From NCBI GenBank assembly GCA_035562535.1, contig DATMWM010000237.1:1-36025 (forward strand): a stretch of 36,025 nt of DNA, in the 5' to 3' direction. The translations under genes and the position numbers were made by a program. Numbering within the stretch: position 1 is the stretch's first letter; every line of letters begins with the position of its first letter. This document shows positions 20,389 through 29,233 of the stretch, piece after piece. The DNA is from Rhodocyclaceae bacterium (GTDB lineage: Bacteria; Pseudomonadota; Gammaproteobacteria; Burkholderiales; Rhodocyclaceae). The notes below the pieces were generated by a model that worked only from the letters and a program-made list of their open reading frames with translations, searched no databases and was not told the DNA's origin.

Positions 20389-21959
20389 TGAGCGAACCCG
20401 ACATCCAGCCCGCCACGAAGCCGGCGCCGGCGACTTCGCCGCCGGCGGCGCGCGAGCCACTGCCCTCGCCCTCGGAATGGAGCTTCGAGCTGGTCGAGCG
20501 CTACCACGACGAGATCGCGCGGGTGGCGGCCGGCTTCGGGCTTGACACCTACCCGAACCAGATCGAGCTGATCACCGCCGAGCAGATGATGGACGCGTAC
20601 GCGTCGGTCGGCATGCCGGTCAACTATCACCACTGGTCCTTCGGCAAGCACTTCCTGTCCACCGAGAAACGCTACCGGCGAGGCCAGATGGGGTTGGCCT
20701 ACGAGATCGTGATCAACTCGAATCCCTGCATCTCCTATCTCATGGAAGAGAACACCATGACGATGCAGGCGCTGGTGATCGCGCACGCCGCCTACGGCCA
20801 CAACTCTTTCTTCAAGAACAACTACCTGTTCCGCACCTGGACCAGCGCCGACAGCATCATCGACTATCTGCTGTTCGCCCGGAAGTTCATCGTGGATTGC
20901 GAGGAGCGCCACGGCGTCGAGGAGGTCGAGCTGCTTCTGGATTCCTGCCACGCGCTGATGAACGTGGGTGTCGACCGCTACAAGCGGCCGGCGAAGCTCT
21001 CGCTCGCCAAGGAGATCGCGCGCCAGCAGGAGCGCGAGGCCTACCTGCAGAGCCAGGTCAATGCGCTCTGGCGCACCCTGCCCGAGCGCGCCTCCAGGGA
21101 GGTGCGGACGTCCGAACAGCGCTTCCCGGCCGAGCCCGAGGAAAACCTGCTCTATTTCGTCGAGAAGAACGCGCCGCTGCTCGAACCCTGGCAGCGCGAG
21201 ATCGTGCGCATCGTGCGCAAGGTCGCACAGTATTTCTATCCCCAGCGCCAGACCCAGGTGATGAACGAGGGCTGGGCCTGCTTCTGGCACTACACGATCA
21301 TCAACACGCTCTACGACGAGGGACTGCTGGCGGACAACTTCATGCTGGAGTTCCTGCAGCACCATACCAACGTCGTCTATCAGCCCGCCTACAACCACCC
21401 GCACTACGGCGGCATCAATCCGTACGCGCTCGGCTTCGCCATGTGGAACGACATCAGGCGCATCTGCGAGCAGCCCACGGAGGAGGACCGGCGCTGGTTC
21501 CCGGAGATCGCCGGCTCGAACTGGCGCGCGACCTTCGATTTCGCCATGCGCAACTTCAAGGACGAGAGCTTCGTCGCCCAGTATCTGTCGCCCAAGCTCA
21601 TCCGCGACCTGCGGCTGTTCGCGGTGGCCGACGACGACCGGGAGCCGACGCTGCGCATCTCCGCGATCCACGACGATCCGGGCTACGCGCGCATCCGGCA
21701 GATCCTGTCCGAAAGCTACAACCTGGGCAGCCGGGAGCCGAACATCCAGGTCTGGAACGTCGACCTGCGCGGCGACCGCTCGCTCACGCTGCGGCACACC
21801 GAGTACCAGCGCCGCCCGCTCGCGTCCAGCTTCGGCGAGGTGCTCAAGCACGTGGCCCGGTTGTGGGGATTCGCGGTGCGTCTGGAGTCGGCCGGCGAGG
21901 ACGGCCGGGTCAGGCTGGTGAGCGAATGCAAGGTGGAGAAGCGGCGCGAGCGGATCTGA
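20388..21959 (+). CDS. ycgB: SpoVR/YcgB-family protein
   Basis: 523 aa from the ATG at 20388, which overlaps the yeaH stop by 1 nt (TGATG). It has SpoVR-like blocks (AYEIVINSNPCISYLMEEN, HAAYGHNSFFKNNY, NEGWACFWHY). It is the third member of the prkA-yeaH-spoVR triad. Confidence 0.92.
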   Translation: MSEPDIQPATKPAPATSPPAAREPLPSPSEWSFELVERYHDEIARVAAGFGLDTYPNQIELITAEQMMDAYASVGMPVNYHHWSFGKHFLSTEKRYRRGQMGLAYEIVINSNPCISYLMEENTMTMQALVIAHAAYGHNSFFKNNYLFRTWTSADSIIDYLLFARKFIVDCEERHGVEEVELLLDSCHALMNVGVDRYKRPAKLSLAKEIARQQEREAYLQSQVNALWRTLPERASREVRTSEQRFPAEPEENLLYFVEKNAPLLEPWQREIVRIVRKVAQYFYPQRQTQVMNEGWACFWHYTIINTLYDEGLLADNFMLEFLQHHTNVVYQPAYNHPHYGGINPYALGFAMWNDIRRICEQPTEEDRRWFPEIAGSNWRATFDFAMRNFKDESFVAQYLSPKLIRDLRLFAVADDDREPTLRISAIHDDPGYARIRQILSESYNLGSREPNIQVWNVDLRGDRSLTLRHTEYQRRPLASSFGEVLKHVARLWGFAVRLESAGEDGRVRLVSECKVEKRRERI

Positions 21960-21983
21960 GCGCCGGTTTCGTCGGGAGCGTCT

Positions 21984-23708
21984 TCAGGCGTTCAGCCGCT
22001 CCAGGCTCTCGCGCTGCTTCTCCGGGTCGTCGATGCGCAGCAGGCGCGCCACCTTGGCCTTCAGGTCGGAAACGTCGCTGCGCAGCACCTCCTGCTTGAC
22101 CTCGAAGATCTGCATCGGGTGCATGGAGAACTGACGCAGGCCCATGCCGAGCAGCAGCCGGGTGTGGGACGGGTCGCCGGCCATCTCGCCGCACACCGCG
22201 ACCGGAACGCCGGCCCGGTTTCCGGCCTCGATGGTCTGGGCTATCAGCCGCAGGACCGAGGGATGCAGCGGATCGTACAGGTGCGCCACGGCCTCGTCGG
22301 TCCGGTCGATCGCCAGGGTGTACTGGATCAGGTCGTTCGTGCCGATCGACAGGAAGTTCAGGCGCTTCAGGAAGGCGCCCAGGCACAGCGCCGCCGCTGG
22401 GACCTCGATCATGCCGCCGATCGCCATGTCCTTGTCGAAGGGGACGCCTTCGGCTCGCAGCTGCTCCTGCGCCAGCCGGATCATCATGAGTGTCTGGTCG
22501 ATCTCGTGCGCGTGCACCAGCATCGGGATCAGGACGCGCACCCGCCCGTAGTGCGAGGCCCGGAGGATCGCGCGCAGCTGGGTGAGGAACATCTGCGGCT
22601 CGGACAGGCAGTAGCGGATCGCCCGCAGACCGAGCGCCGGGTTGGGTTCGTTGCGCTCGGTCCCGTTCAGGGCCTTGTCGGCGCCGACGTCCAGAACGCG
22701 TATCGTCACCGGCTTGCCCTTGAGTCCCACGGCGACACTGCGGTAGGCCTCGAACTGCTCGTCCTCCGTCGGCATCGCGTCGCGGTTCAGGAACAGGAAC
22801 TCGGTGCGGAACAGTCCGATGCCGTCGGCATCCACGTCCCTGACCTGGGCGACGTCCTCCGGCAGCTCGATGTTGGCCTGCAGCGAAATCTCCTCGCCGT
22901 CCAGGGTGGCCGACTTGGCGCTCTTCAGGCGCTTGAGCTTGGAGCGCTCCAGCTCCAGCTCGCTCTTGCGCAGCCTGTATTCTTCGAGGATGCGTTCGTC
23001 CGGATCGACGATCACGACGCCGCGGGTGCCGTCGATGATCACCGTTTCCTCGTCGCGCACCAGGTGCCGCACGTGGTGCAGGCCGACCACAGCCGGGATG
23101 TTCAGGCTGCGAGCGACGATCGCGGTGTGCGAGGTGGCGCCGCCGAGGTCCGTGACGAAGCCGTTGATCTGCTGCTGGCGGAAGTGGATCGTATCGGCCG
23201 GCGACAGGTCGTGCGCCACGACCACCACCCCGTCCGCCTGCTTGCGCCGCGGCACCGCGGTCCCGCTGCGGCCGGACATTGCCTTGAGGATGCGCTCCAC
23301 CACCTGCACCACGTCGGCCTTGCGCTCGCGCAGGTAGGGATCCTCGATCTCCTCGAACTGGTCAGCGAGCTGTTCCATCTGCTGCACGAGCGCCCATTCG
23401 GCGTTGCAGCGCTTCTCGCGCACCATCTGCCGCGGGACGCTGGCGATCATCGGATCGCCGAGGATCATGGCATGGACGTCGATCAGGGCGCGGATCTCGG
23501 AGGGAACGCCCAGGCCGGTGGCGTACTTGATCGAGCGCAGCTCCTCCCGCACCGCGCCGATGGCGGCATCGAAGCGCGTGATCTCCTCATCGACGTGCTT
23601 GGCCGGGATGACGTAGTGGGACACCTCGAGCGTGGCATGGGAGACCAGGTGCGAGGAGCCGATGGCGATGCCCGGAGACACCCCGAGGCCGTGGAGCGTG
23701 AAGCTCAT
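21984..23708 (-). CDS. ptsI: Phosphoenolpyruvate-protein phosphotransferase (PTS Enzyme I, no GAF domain)
   Basis: 574 aa with the active-site His region (GGATSHTAIVARSLNIPAV) and a PEP-utilising C-terminal domain (SIGTNDLIQYTLAIDR). Confidence 0.94.
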   Translation of the reverse strand: MSFTLHGLGVSPGIAIGSSHLVSHATLEVSHYVIPAKHVDEEITRFDAAIGAVREELRSIKYATGLGVPSEIRALIDVHAMILGDPMIASVPRQMVREKRCNAEWALVQQMEQLADQFEEIEDPYLRERKADVVQVVERILKAMSGRSGTAVPRRKQADGVVVVAHDLSPADTIHFRQQQINGFVTDLGGATSHTAIVARSLNIPAVVGLHHVRHLVRDEETVIIDGTRGVVIVDPDERILEEYRLRKSELELERSKLKRLKSAKSATLDGEEISLQANIELPEDVAQVRDVDADGIGLFRTEFLFLNRDAMPTEDEQFEAYRSVAVGLKGKPVTIRVLDVGADKALNGTERNEPNPALGLRAIRYCLSEPQMFLTQLRAILRASHYGRVRVLIPMLVHAHEIDQTLMMIRLAQEQLRAEGVPFDKDMAIGGMIEVPAAALCLGAFLKRLNFLSIGTNDLIQYTLAIDRTDEAVAHLYDPLHPSVLRLIAQTIEAGNRAGVPVAVCGEMAGDPSHTRLLLGMGLRQFSMHPMQIFEVKQEVLRSDVSDLKAKVARLLRIDDPEKQRESLERLNA

Positions 23709-23714
23709 GGCGCG

Positions 23715-23984
23715 CTACTCGCCTTCCCCGAACTTGTCGGCGATCAGATCCACGATGGCCTGCAGGGCGGCCTGCTCGTCGCTGCCGTCGGTCTCGACCG
23801 AGATGACCGCGCCCTTGGCGGCGGCGAGCATCATCACGCCCATGATGCTCTTCGCATTGACCCGCCGGCCGGCCCGCGCCAGCCACACGTCGCAGTCGTA
23901 GCTGCTGGCCAGCTGGGTGAGCTTGGCGGAGGCGCGCGCATGCAGGCCGAGCCGGTTCACGATCTCGATTTCACGCGTTTGCAT
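23715..23984 (-). CDS. ptsH: HPr-family phosphocarrier protein
   Basis: 89 aa with the His15 motif (NRLGLHARASAKL) and a Ser46-type region (AKSIMGVMML). Confidence 0.92.
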   Translation of the reverse strand: MQTREIEIVNRLGLHARASAKLTQLASSYDCDVWLARAGRRVNAKSIMGVMMLAAAKGAVISVETDGSDEQAALQAIVDLIADKFGEGE

Positions 23985-24375
23985 CGCGCTCGGTCTTCAC
24001 GTGGAGTATGCCGTCGCGGCCGCCGAGCAGCGCCTTGGCCACCAGGGTCTGCATGTCCTTGTCCCGGTAGGTCAGTGCGCGCAGTAGCATCGGCAGGTTC
24101 GCCCCGGCGATCACCTCGTGGCGACCCGGCTGCAGCAGCTTCATCGCGATGTTGCTCGGCGTGGCGCCGAAGACGTCGGTGAGCACCAGCACCCCTCTGC
24201 CGCCGTCCACCAGTTCGAGCCAGCGACGCGCAGTCGGCAGGATGTCCAGCGGATCGTCCTGGGCGGACACGCCGAGCTGGGCCAGCAGCGGAGGCCGCTT
24301 GTTCAGCACATGGCATGCGCATTGAATTAGCGATTCGCCGAGGCTGCCGTGGGTGACGAGAAAGATGCCGATCAT
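23971..24375 (-). CDS. PTS EIIA component, mannose/fructose (EIIA-Man) family, stand-alone
   Basis: 134 aa. MIGIFLVTHGSLGESL carries the phosphorylatable His typical of EIIA-Man. Its 3' end overlaps ptsH by 14 nt. There are no EIIB/C/D genes nearby. Confidence 0.85.
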   Translation of the reverse strand: MIGIFLVTHGSLGESLIQCACHVLNKRPPLLAQLGVSAQDDPLDILPTARRWLELVDGGRGVLVLTDVFGATPSNIAMKLLQPGRHEVIAGANLPMLLRALTYRDKDMQTLVAKALLGGRDGILHVKTERDANA

Positions 24376-24395
24376 GCGAGAGCGCTCCCTGGCCG

Positions 24396-24404
24396 ATTCT
24401 ACCA
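24396..24404 (-). promoter_or_regulatory. Candidate extended -10 promoter for the EIIA-ptsH-ptsI operon
   Basis: The minus strand reads TGgTAGAAT about 20 nt upstream of the EIIA ATG. No good -35 is seen. The predicted leader is very short. Confidence 0.25.
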
Positions 24405-24435
24405 GCCGGGAGGCGGCGCCGGAGAGGCGGCGGCG

Positions 24436-24636
24436 CTACTGGAGCAGATAGACGGCGATCGCGCCCGCGGCCGTGAGGACCGAGGCCCAGAAACCGCCCC
24501 AGGCGAAGCGCTGGATGGCGGCGCGCTCGCCGTCCTGCACCCGGTGCGTGATGCGGGTCATGCTGCCGTGCAGCAGCGCTGCCGGGATCGCCGGTAGCGG
24601 GTCGTCTGCCGTGTGTGCTCTGAGTTGCGCGCTCAT
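24436..24636 (-). CDS. Hypothetical 66-aa tail-anchored small membrane protein, translationally coupled to apbE
   Basis: The ATG at 24636 overlaps the apbE stop (ATGA). About 88% of third codon positions are G/C by hand count. There is a single C-terminal hydrophobic helix (FWASVLTAAGAIAVYLL). It has no Cys, so it does not look like NqrM. The track ORF start at 24687 lies inside apbE. Confidence 0.5.
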   Translation of the reverse strand: MSAQLRAHTADDPLPAIPAALLHGSMTRITHRVQDGERAAIQRFAWGGFWASVLTAAGAIAVYLLQ

Positions 24637-25670
24637 TCGATGATCTCGGTGCGCAGTCCGTCCTGGGCCGGCTCCAGCCGACTCCACAGGGCGCGCGTAA
24701 CGGCAATGCTACCGTCGGCGTCGATGCGCAACGCGTGATCAATGTCCAGATCGCGCGCAAATTGCCGCCAGTCCGCCCGGCCGGCGACGAACAGCGGCTT
24801 GCTCGCGGCGTCGGACAGGGCGCCCGCGCCGGGGCGCGCGGTGACCAGGACGGTGACCGCGCGCGTACCGGCGGCCGGGCGGCCGGTGCGCGGATCGAGA
24901 ATGTGGCAGTAGCGCAAACCGTCCAGTTCGAAATAGCGCTGGTAGTCGCCCGAGGTGCCGATCGCCTCGCCGTCGCGCAGCTCCAGGGTCGCGACCGGTG
25001 CCGGGCCGCGCGGATCCTGGATGCCGACCCGCCACGGCTGCCCGCCCTTGCTGCCAAGCGCCATGACGTTGCCCCCGACGTTGATCAGGGCGTTGCGAAT
25101 GCCCGACCCGCGCAGGATCGCCGCCGCGCGGTCGAGCGCGTAGCCCTTGGCATATCCGCCGAGGTCCAGCCTGACCTCCCGGTTACCGCTGCCGACCCTG
25201 AGGCCGTCGATCTCCAGATCGGACATCGCGGGGCGGGCCTGCACCAGGCGGGCGACCTCGTCGGACGGCGGCAGAACGGGCTTGAACTCGTCGCTCTGGA
25301 AGCCCCACAGCCCGATCAGGCGCCCGATTGCCGCGTTGAACAGATCCCCGGAGCGCATCGCGATCCGTTTAGTATCGGCCAGAATGGCGGCGAGTTCGCC
25401 ATCCACCTCGGCCGTGGCGCCGGTCGCGATCGCCTCGTTCAGCCGGGTCAGCTCGCTCGGCTGCCAGGCGTGGAGCTTGCGGTGCAGCCGGTCGAACTCG
25501 CGCAGCACCGCGGCGGCCGCCTCGCGCGCCTTCTCCCGGTCCTCGCCATGGACCAGGACCTCGACGCGCGTGCCGAATACGTAGGATTCCTGCTGGTGCA
25601 GGGCAGGGCGCGTGCAGCCGGCCAGTAACGCCAGGCAGACCAGCAACCATGCCGGCGTCGTGCGCTGCAT
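24633..25670 (-). CDS. apbE: ApbE-family FAD:protein FMN transferase, lipoprotein
   Basis: 345 aa from the ATG at 25670. Lipoprotein signal MQRTTPAWLLVCLALLAGC. ApbE block LDLGGYAKGYALDRA. An alternative GTG at 25715 would overlap gshB. Confidence 0.9.
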   Translation of the reverse strand: MQRTTPAWLLVCLALLAGCTRPALHQQESYVFGTRVEVLVHGEDREKAREAAAAVLREFDRLHRKLHAWQPSELTRLNEAIATGATAEVDGELAAILADTKRIAMRSGDLFNAAIGRLIGLWGFQSDEFKPVLPPSDEVARLVQARPAMSDLEIDGLRVGSGNREVRLDLGGYAKGYALDRAAAILRGSGIRNALINVGGNVMALGSKGGQPWRVGIQDPRGPAPVATLELRDGEAIGTSGDYQRYFELDGLRYCHILDPRTGRPAAGTRAVTVLVTARPGAGALSDAASKPLFVAGRADWRQFARDLDIDHALRIDADGSIAVTRALWSRLEPAQDGLRTEIIE

Positions 25671-25705
25671 TCGCAACCGCCGCCCGTTCGACCGGGCGGC
25701 GACAA

Positions 25706-26647
25706 TCAGGCGCACCGGCGCTCCAGCGCGTCGATGAACATGCCGGCGACGTCGAACCCTGTCTGCTGCGCGATCTCGACGAAGCAGGTCGGGCTGGTGA
25801 CGTTGATCTCGGTGAGGTGATCGCCGATCACGTCCAGACCGACCAGCAGCAGGCCGCGGCGATCGAGCACCGGCGCCAGGGTCTCGGCGATCGCGCGGTC
25901 GCGCGTGGAAAGCTGCTGCGCCACGCCGGTGCCGCCGGCGGCCAGGTTGCCGCGGGTCTCGCCCGCTTTCGGTATGCGCGCCAGCGCGTAGGGCACGACA
26001 TGGCCGCCGATGAGCAGGATGCGCTTGTCGCCGTGCGCGATCTCAGGGATGTAGCGCTGCGCCATGACCGTCCGGGTGCCGTTGTGCGTCAGGGTTTCGA
26101 CGATGACGTTGCGGTTCGGATCTTCCGCGCGCACGCGGAACACCTGGCTGCCGCCCATGCCGTCCAGCGGCTTGAGCACGGCGTCGCCGGTCTCCGCGAT
26201 GAAGCCGTGCAGCAATTCGGCATCCCGTGCCACCAGGGTGGGCACCGTGAACTGCGAGAACTCGGCAATCGCCAGCTTTTCCGAATGGTCTCGGATCGCC
26301 CGCGGGTCGTTGAAGATGCGGGCGCCGGCCGCCTGGGCGCGCTCGAGCAGCCAGGTCGCGACGACGTACTCGAAGTCGAAGGGCGGGTCCTGGCGCATGA
26401 GCACGGCATCGAACTCCACCAGCGCTTCGGCCCTGGCCGGATGGGCGTGGTACCAGGCCGCATCGTCCTCGCGCAGGTCCAGGCGCGCCGCCCGGGCGAA
26501 CACCGCGGCCTCGCGCCAGGCCAGGTCTTCGCGCAGGATCGCATGCACTTCGTGGCCGCGCCGCGCGGCCGCACGCATCATGGCGACGCTGGAATCCTTG
26601 TAGGCCTTGAGGCCCTCCAGCGGATCGACGACGAAGGCGAAGCGCAT
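25706..26647 (-). CDS. gshB: Glutathione synthetase (ATP-grasp)
   Basis: 313 aa from the ATG at 26647, which shares 1 nt with the gshA stop (TGATG). MRFAFVVDPLEGLKAYKDSSVAMM and GETRGNLAAGG are typical GshB. The track extension to 27175 is spurious. Confidence 0.94.
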   Translation of the reverse strand: MRFAFVVDPLEGLKAYKDSSVAMMRAAARRGHEVHAILREDLAWREAAVFARAARLDLREDDAAWYHAHPARAEALVEFDAVLMRQDPPFDFEYVVATWLLERAQAAGARIFNDPRAIRDHSEKLAIAEFSQFTVPTLVARDAELLHGFIAETGDAVLKPLDGMGGSQVFRVRAEDPNRNVIVETLTHNGTRTVMAQRYIPEIAHGDKRILLIGGHVVPYALARIPKAGETRGNLAAGGTGVAQQLSTRDRAIAETLAPVLDRRGLLLVGLDVIGDHLTEINVTSPTCFVEIAQQTGFDVAGMFIDALERRCA

Positions 26648-27927
26648 CAGGCGTCGGGCGCGCTGCGCTCGAGTTCCAGCGAGGCGGCCAGTAGCGCCAG
26701 CCTGGCGATCACGCCGTAGGCGAAGAAGCGGTTCGGCGGCGCGTCCGGGTTGGTCGCCGGATCGGGCAGCGTGCAGGCCGTGTCGAAGGCCAGCGGCTTG
26801 AACTGCATTCCGGGCGCGTTCAGGTTCTCGTCGCGGCCGCGGGCTGTATGCACCCGGTAGAAGCCGCCGACCACGTAGCGGTCGATCATGTAGACCACCG
26901 GCTCGGCCACGCCCGAATCGACCGTCTCGAAGGTATGCACGCCTTCCTGGATGATCACCTCGGAGACTTCCAGGCCCTCCTTGACCACCGCCATCTTGTT
27001 GCGCTGCTTGCGGTTGAGCCCGATCACCTCGGAGGCGTCGCGCACGGTCATGATGCCCATGCCGTAGGTGCCGGCGTCCGCCTTGACGATGACGAAGGGA
27101 TTCTCGCTGACGCCGTACTCCCTGTACTTGAGCCGGATGCGCGCCAGCAGTTCGTCGACCTTGGAGGCCAGGCACTCCTCGCCGCGCCGCTCCTGGAAAC
27201 TGATCTCGCCGCAGACCGCGAAGTCCGGATTGATCAGCCAGGGATCGATGTCCAGCGTTTCGGCGAAACCGCGCGCGACTTCGGCGTAGGCGGTGAAGTG
27301 GCGCGACTTGCGCCGCGTCACCCAGCCGGCATGCAGCGGCGGGATGACGAACTGCTCGTGCAGGCCCTTGAGGATCTCGGGCACGCCGGCCGAAAGGTCG
27401 TTGTTCAGCAGGACCGAGCAGGGATCGAAATCATCGAGCCCGAGCCGCATCCCGCGGCGCACCAGCGGCTCCAGCGTCAGGTGAGCGCCGTTCGGCAGAT
27501 CGAGCCGGGTCGGCGTGGTGATCTCCGGCAGCAGCGAGCCGATGCGCACGTTCAGCCCGCTGTGGTGCAGGATCAGCGCAAGCTGCGCCACGTTCTGCAG
27601 GTAGAACTGGTTGCGGGTGTGGCTCTCCGGAACGATCAGGATGTGCTTGGCTTCCGGACAGATCTTCTCGATCGCCGCCATGGCCGCCTGGATGCACAGC
27701 GGCAGGAAGGCGGGATTGAGGTTGTTGAAGCCGCCCGGGAACAGGTTGGTGTCCACCGGCGCCAGCTTGAATCCGCTGTTGCGCAGATCCACCGAGCAGT
27801 AGAACGGCGGCGTGTGCTCCAGCCATTGCACGCGGAACCACTGCTCGATCGCGGTGCTGGCGTCGAGAAACCGCCTCTCCAGATCCAGCAGCGGTCCGGT
27901 GAGTGCGGTGGTGAGATGCGGGACCAT
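26647..27927 (-). CDS. gshA: Glutamate-cysteine ligase, non-enterobacterial proteobacterial type
   Basis: 426 aa. The FYCSVDLRNSGFKLAPVDTNLFPGGFNNL block matches, from memory, the GCL family first noted in Acidithiobacillus and many betaproteobacteria. It is coupled to gshB. Confidence 0.85.
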   Translation of the reverse strand: MVPHLTTALTGPLLDLERRFLDASTAIEQWFRVQWLEHTPPFYCSVDLRNSGFKLAPVDTNLFPGGFNNLNPAFLPLCIQAAMAAIEKICPEAKHILIVPESHTRNQFYLQNVAQLALILHHSGLNVRIGSLLPEITTPTRLDLPNGAHLTLEPLVRRGMRLGLDDFDPCSVLLNNDLSAGVPEILKGLHEQFVIPPLHAGWVTRRKSRHFTAYAEVARGFAETLDIDPWLINPDFAVCGEISFQERRGEECLASKVDELLARIRLKYREYGVSENPFVIVKADAGTYGMGIMTVRDASEVIGLNRKQRNKMAVVKEGLEVSEVIIQEGVHTFETVDSGVAEPVVYMIDRYVVGGFYRVHTARGRDENLNAPGMQFKPLAFDTACTLPDPATNPDAPPNRFFAYGVIARLALLAASLELERSAPDA

Positions 27928-27972
27928 GATGTCTGACCGGTGACGCGCGGGATGCCGCGGACCCGGGCTATG

Positions 27973-29214
27973 TTACACCAAGGCCCCTGCAGGGGCGCCG
28001 CGGGCCGCCTGGCTCGGACGGAATGCGGAAAACGCCTCGGGCAGCGGCGCGTTCTCCAGCGCGCGCTGCGAGAACAGGAAGCGTCCGTCGCAGACGAAGC
28101 CGAGGTCGGCCCAGTCGACCTCGTTCAGCGCGTCGCAGAGCGCGCGTATGTCGGCCGCCGGATCCCGCGGAAACACCGCCAGCACCGAACCGTCGTAGTG
28201 GATGCAGGGGTGCACGAAAAAGGGCCGCGCCTGGCGCGTCTTGTGATTGACGTAGATGCGCGGCCGGTCGCAGACGTGATAGCCGCGCCCCCATTGCCAC
28301 CAGTTGGTCTCGTCGAAGCGACGGATGCGGCGCGCGAGCAGGCGATCCTTGTGGTGTTCCAGATGGGCGATGCGCAGGTTGTAGATCATCCGCCGCAGCC
28401 TGCCGCTGCGCGCGGTCTCGGAGCAGACGAAGTCCAGGTTGCCGTGCTCGGGGCTGGTGAAGACCTCGTCGTCGCCGCTCACCGCCCCGACCTTGACGAA
28501 GAAGTGGTCGGAGAAGCGCAGCGGATAGTGGCCGCGGGTAAACAGCAGGTGCCCCGCCGCTTCGACGAACTCGCGCTCCTCCCAGGCGCCGGTCTCCAGC
28601 GCCGTTCGCGCCGACGCGGCCGCCGAGGCATCGAGGAAGCGGGTGCGCCGCTCCAGCCTGCCGCGCTCGTAGCGCCAGATCGCGCAGTTCGGCACGGCAT
28701 CCTCGAAGATGCGCGCGTCGCCGAGTTCGACGAAGTCGGTGATCGTGCCCTCCTCGAAGAGCCAGCGGTTGAGCTTCAGGCTGGAGGTGGACTTCAGGAA
28801 GTCGCGCGGGGTGATGAAGATCAGCTCGCCGCCGGGCCGCAGGTGGCGCACGCACTTGGCGATGAAGAACAGGTAGAGGTTCGTGCGTCCGTCGAATCCG
28901 TCCTGGCGCAGCAGCGCGCGGGTCTGCGGAAGGATGTCCTGGTAGCGCACGTAGGGCGGATTGCCGATGATCGTGTCGAAGCGCTCGGACTCCGAATAGG
29001 CGAAGAAGTCCTGGATCAGCGCGCCGGCCGGCGCATGCCGCGGGTCCGGCTCGATGCCGACCGCGCCGGGCAGGCGGGCCAGGAAGGCCCCGTCGCCGCA
29101 GGACGGCTCCAGGACCCGCCCGCGGTTGCGGCGCAGGCCGAGCATCGCCTCGACGACGAAGGGCGGGGTGAACACCTGCCCGCGCGTGGCGACGTCGCGT
29201 TTCGCGGCTCCCAT
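27973..29214 (-). CDS. TaqI-like (gamma-class) N6-adenine DNA methyltransferase, no adjacent endonuclease
   Basis: 413 aa. Motif X is GQVFTPPFVVEAM, motif I is VLEPSCGDGAFL and motif IV is TIIGNPPYV, in the same order and spacing as M.TaqI. They are followed by a roughly 200-aa presumptive target-recognition domain. Confidence 0.85.
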   Translation of the reverse strand: MGAAKRDVATRGQVFTPPFVVEAMLGLRRNRGRVLEPSCGDGAFLARLPGAVGIEPDPRHAPAGALIQDFFAYSESERFDTIIGNPPYVRYQDILPQTRALLRQDGFDGRTNLYLFFIAKCVRHLRPGGELIFITPRDFLKSTSSLKLNRWLFEEGTITDFVELGDARIFEDAVPNCAIWRYERGRLERRTRFLDASAAASARTALETGAWEEREFVEAAGHLLFTRGHYPLRFSDHFFVKVGAVSGDDEVFTSPEHGNLDFVCSETARSGRLRRMIYNLRIAHLEHHKDRLLARRIRRFDETNWWQWGRGYHVCDRPRIYVNHKTRQARPFFVHPCIHYDGSVLAVFPRDPAADIRALCDALNEVDWADLGFVCDGRFLFSQRALENAPLPEAFSAFRPSQAARGAPAGALV

Positions 29215-29233
29215 GGCGCTGCGCCGGTCGCGC

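Noticed and set aside
27973-29214. Restriction-modification or defence island around the methyltransferase
   Set aside because: No endonuclease, specificity subunit, helicase, integrase, tRNA or repeat boundary lies nearby. The flanking genes are housekeeping genes on the same strand. I treat it as an orphan methylase, not a defence locus.
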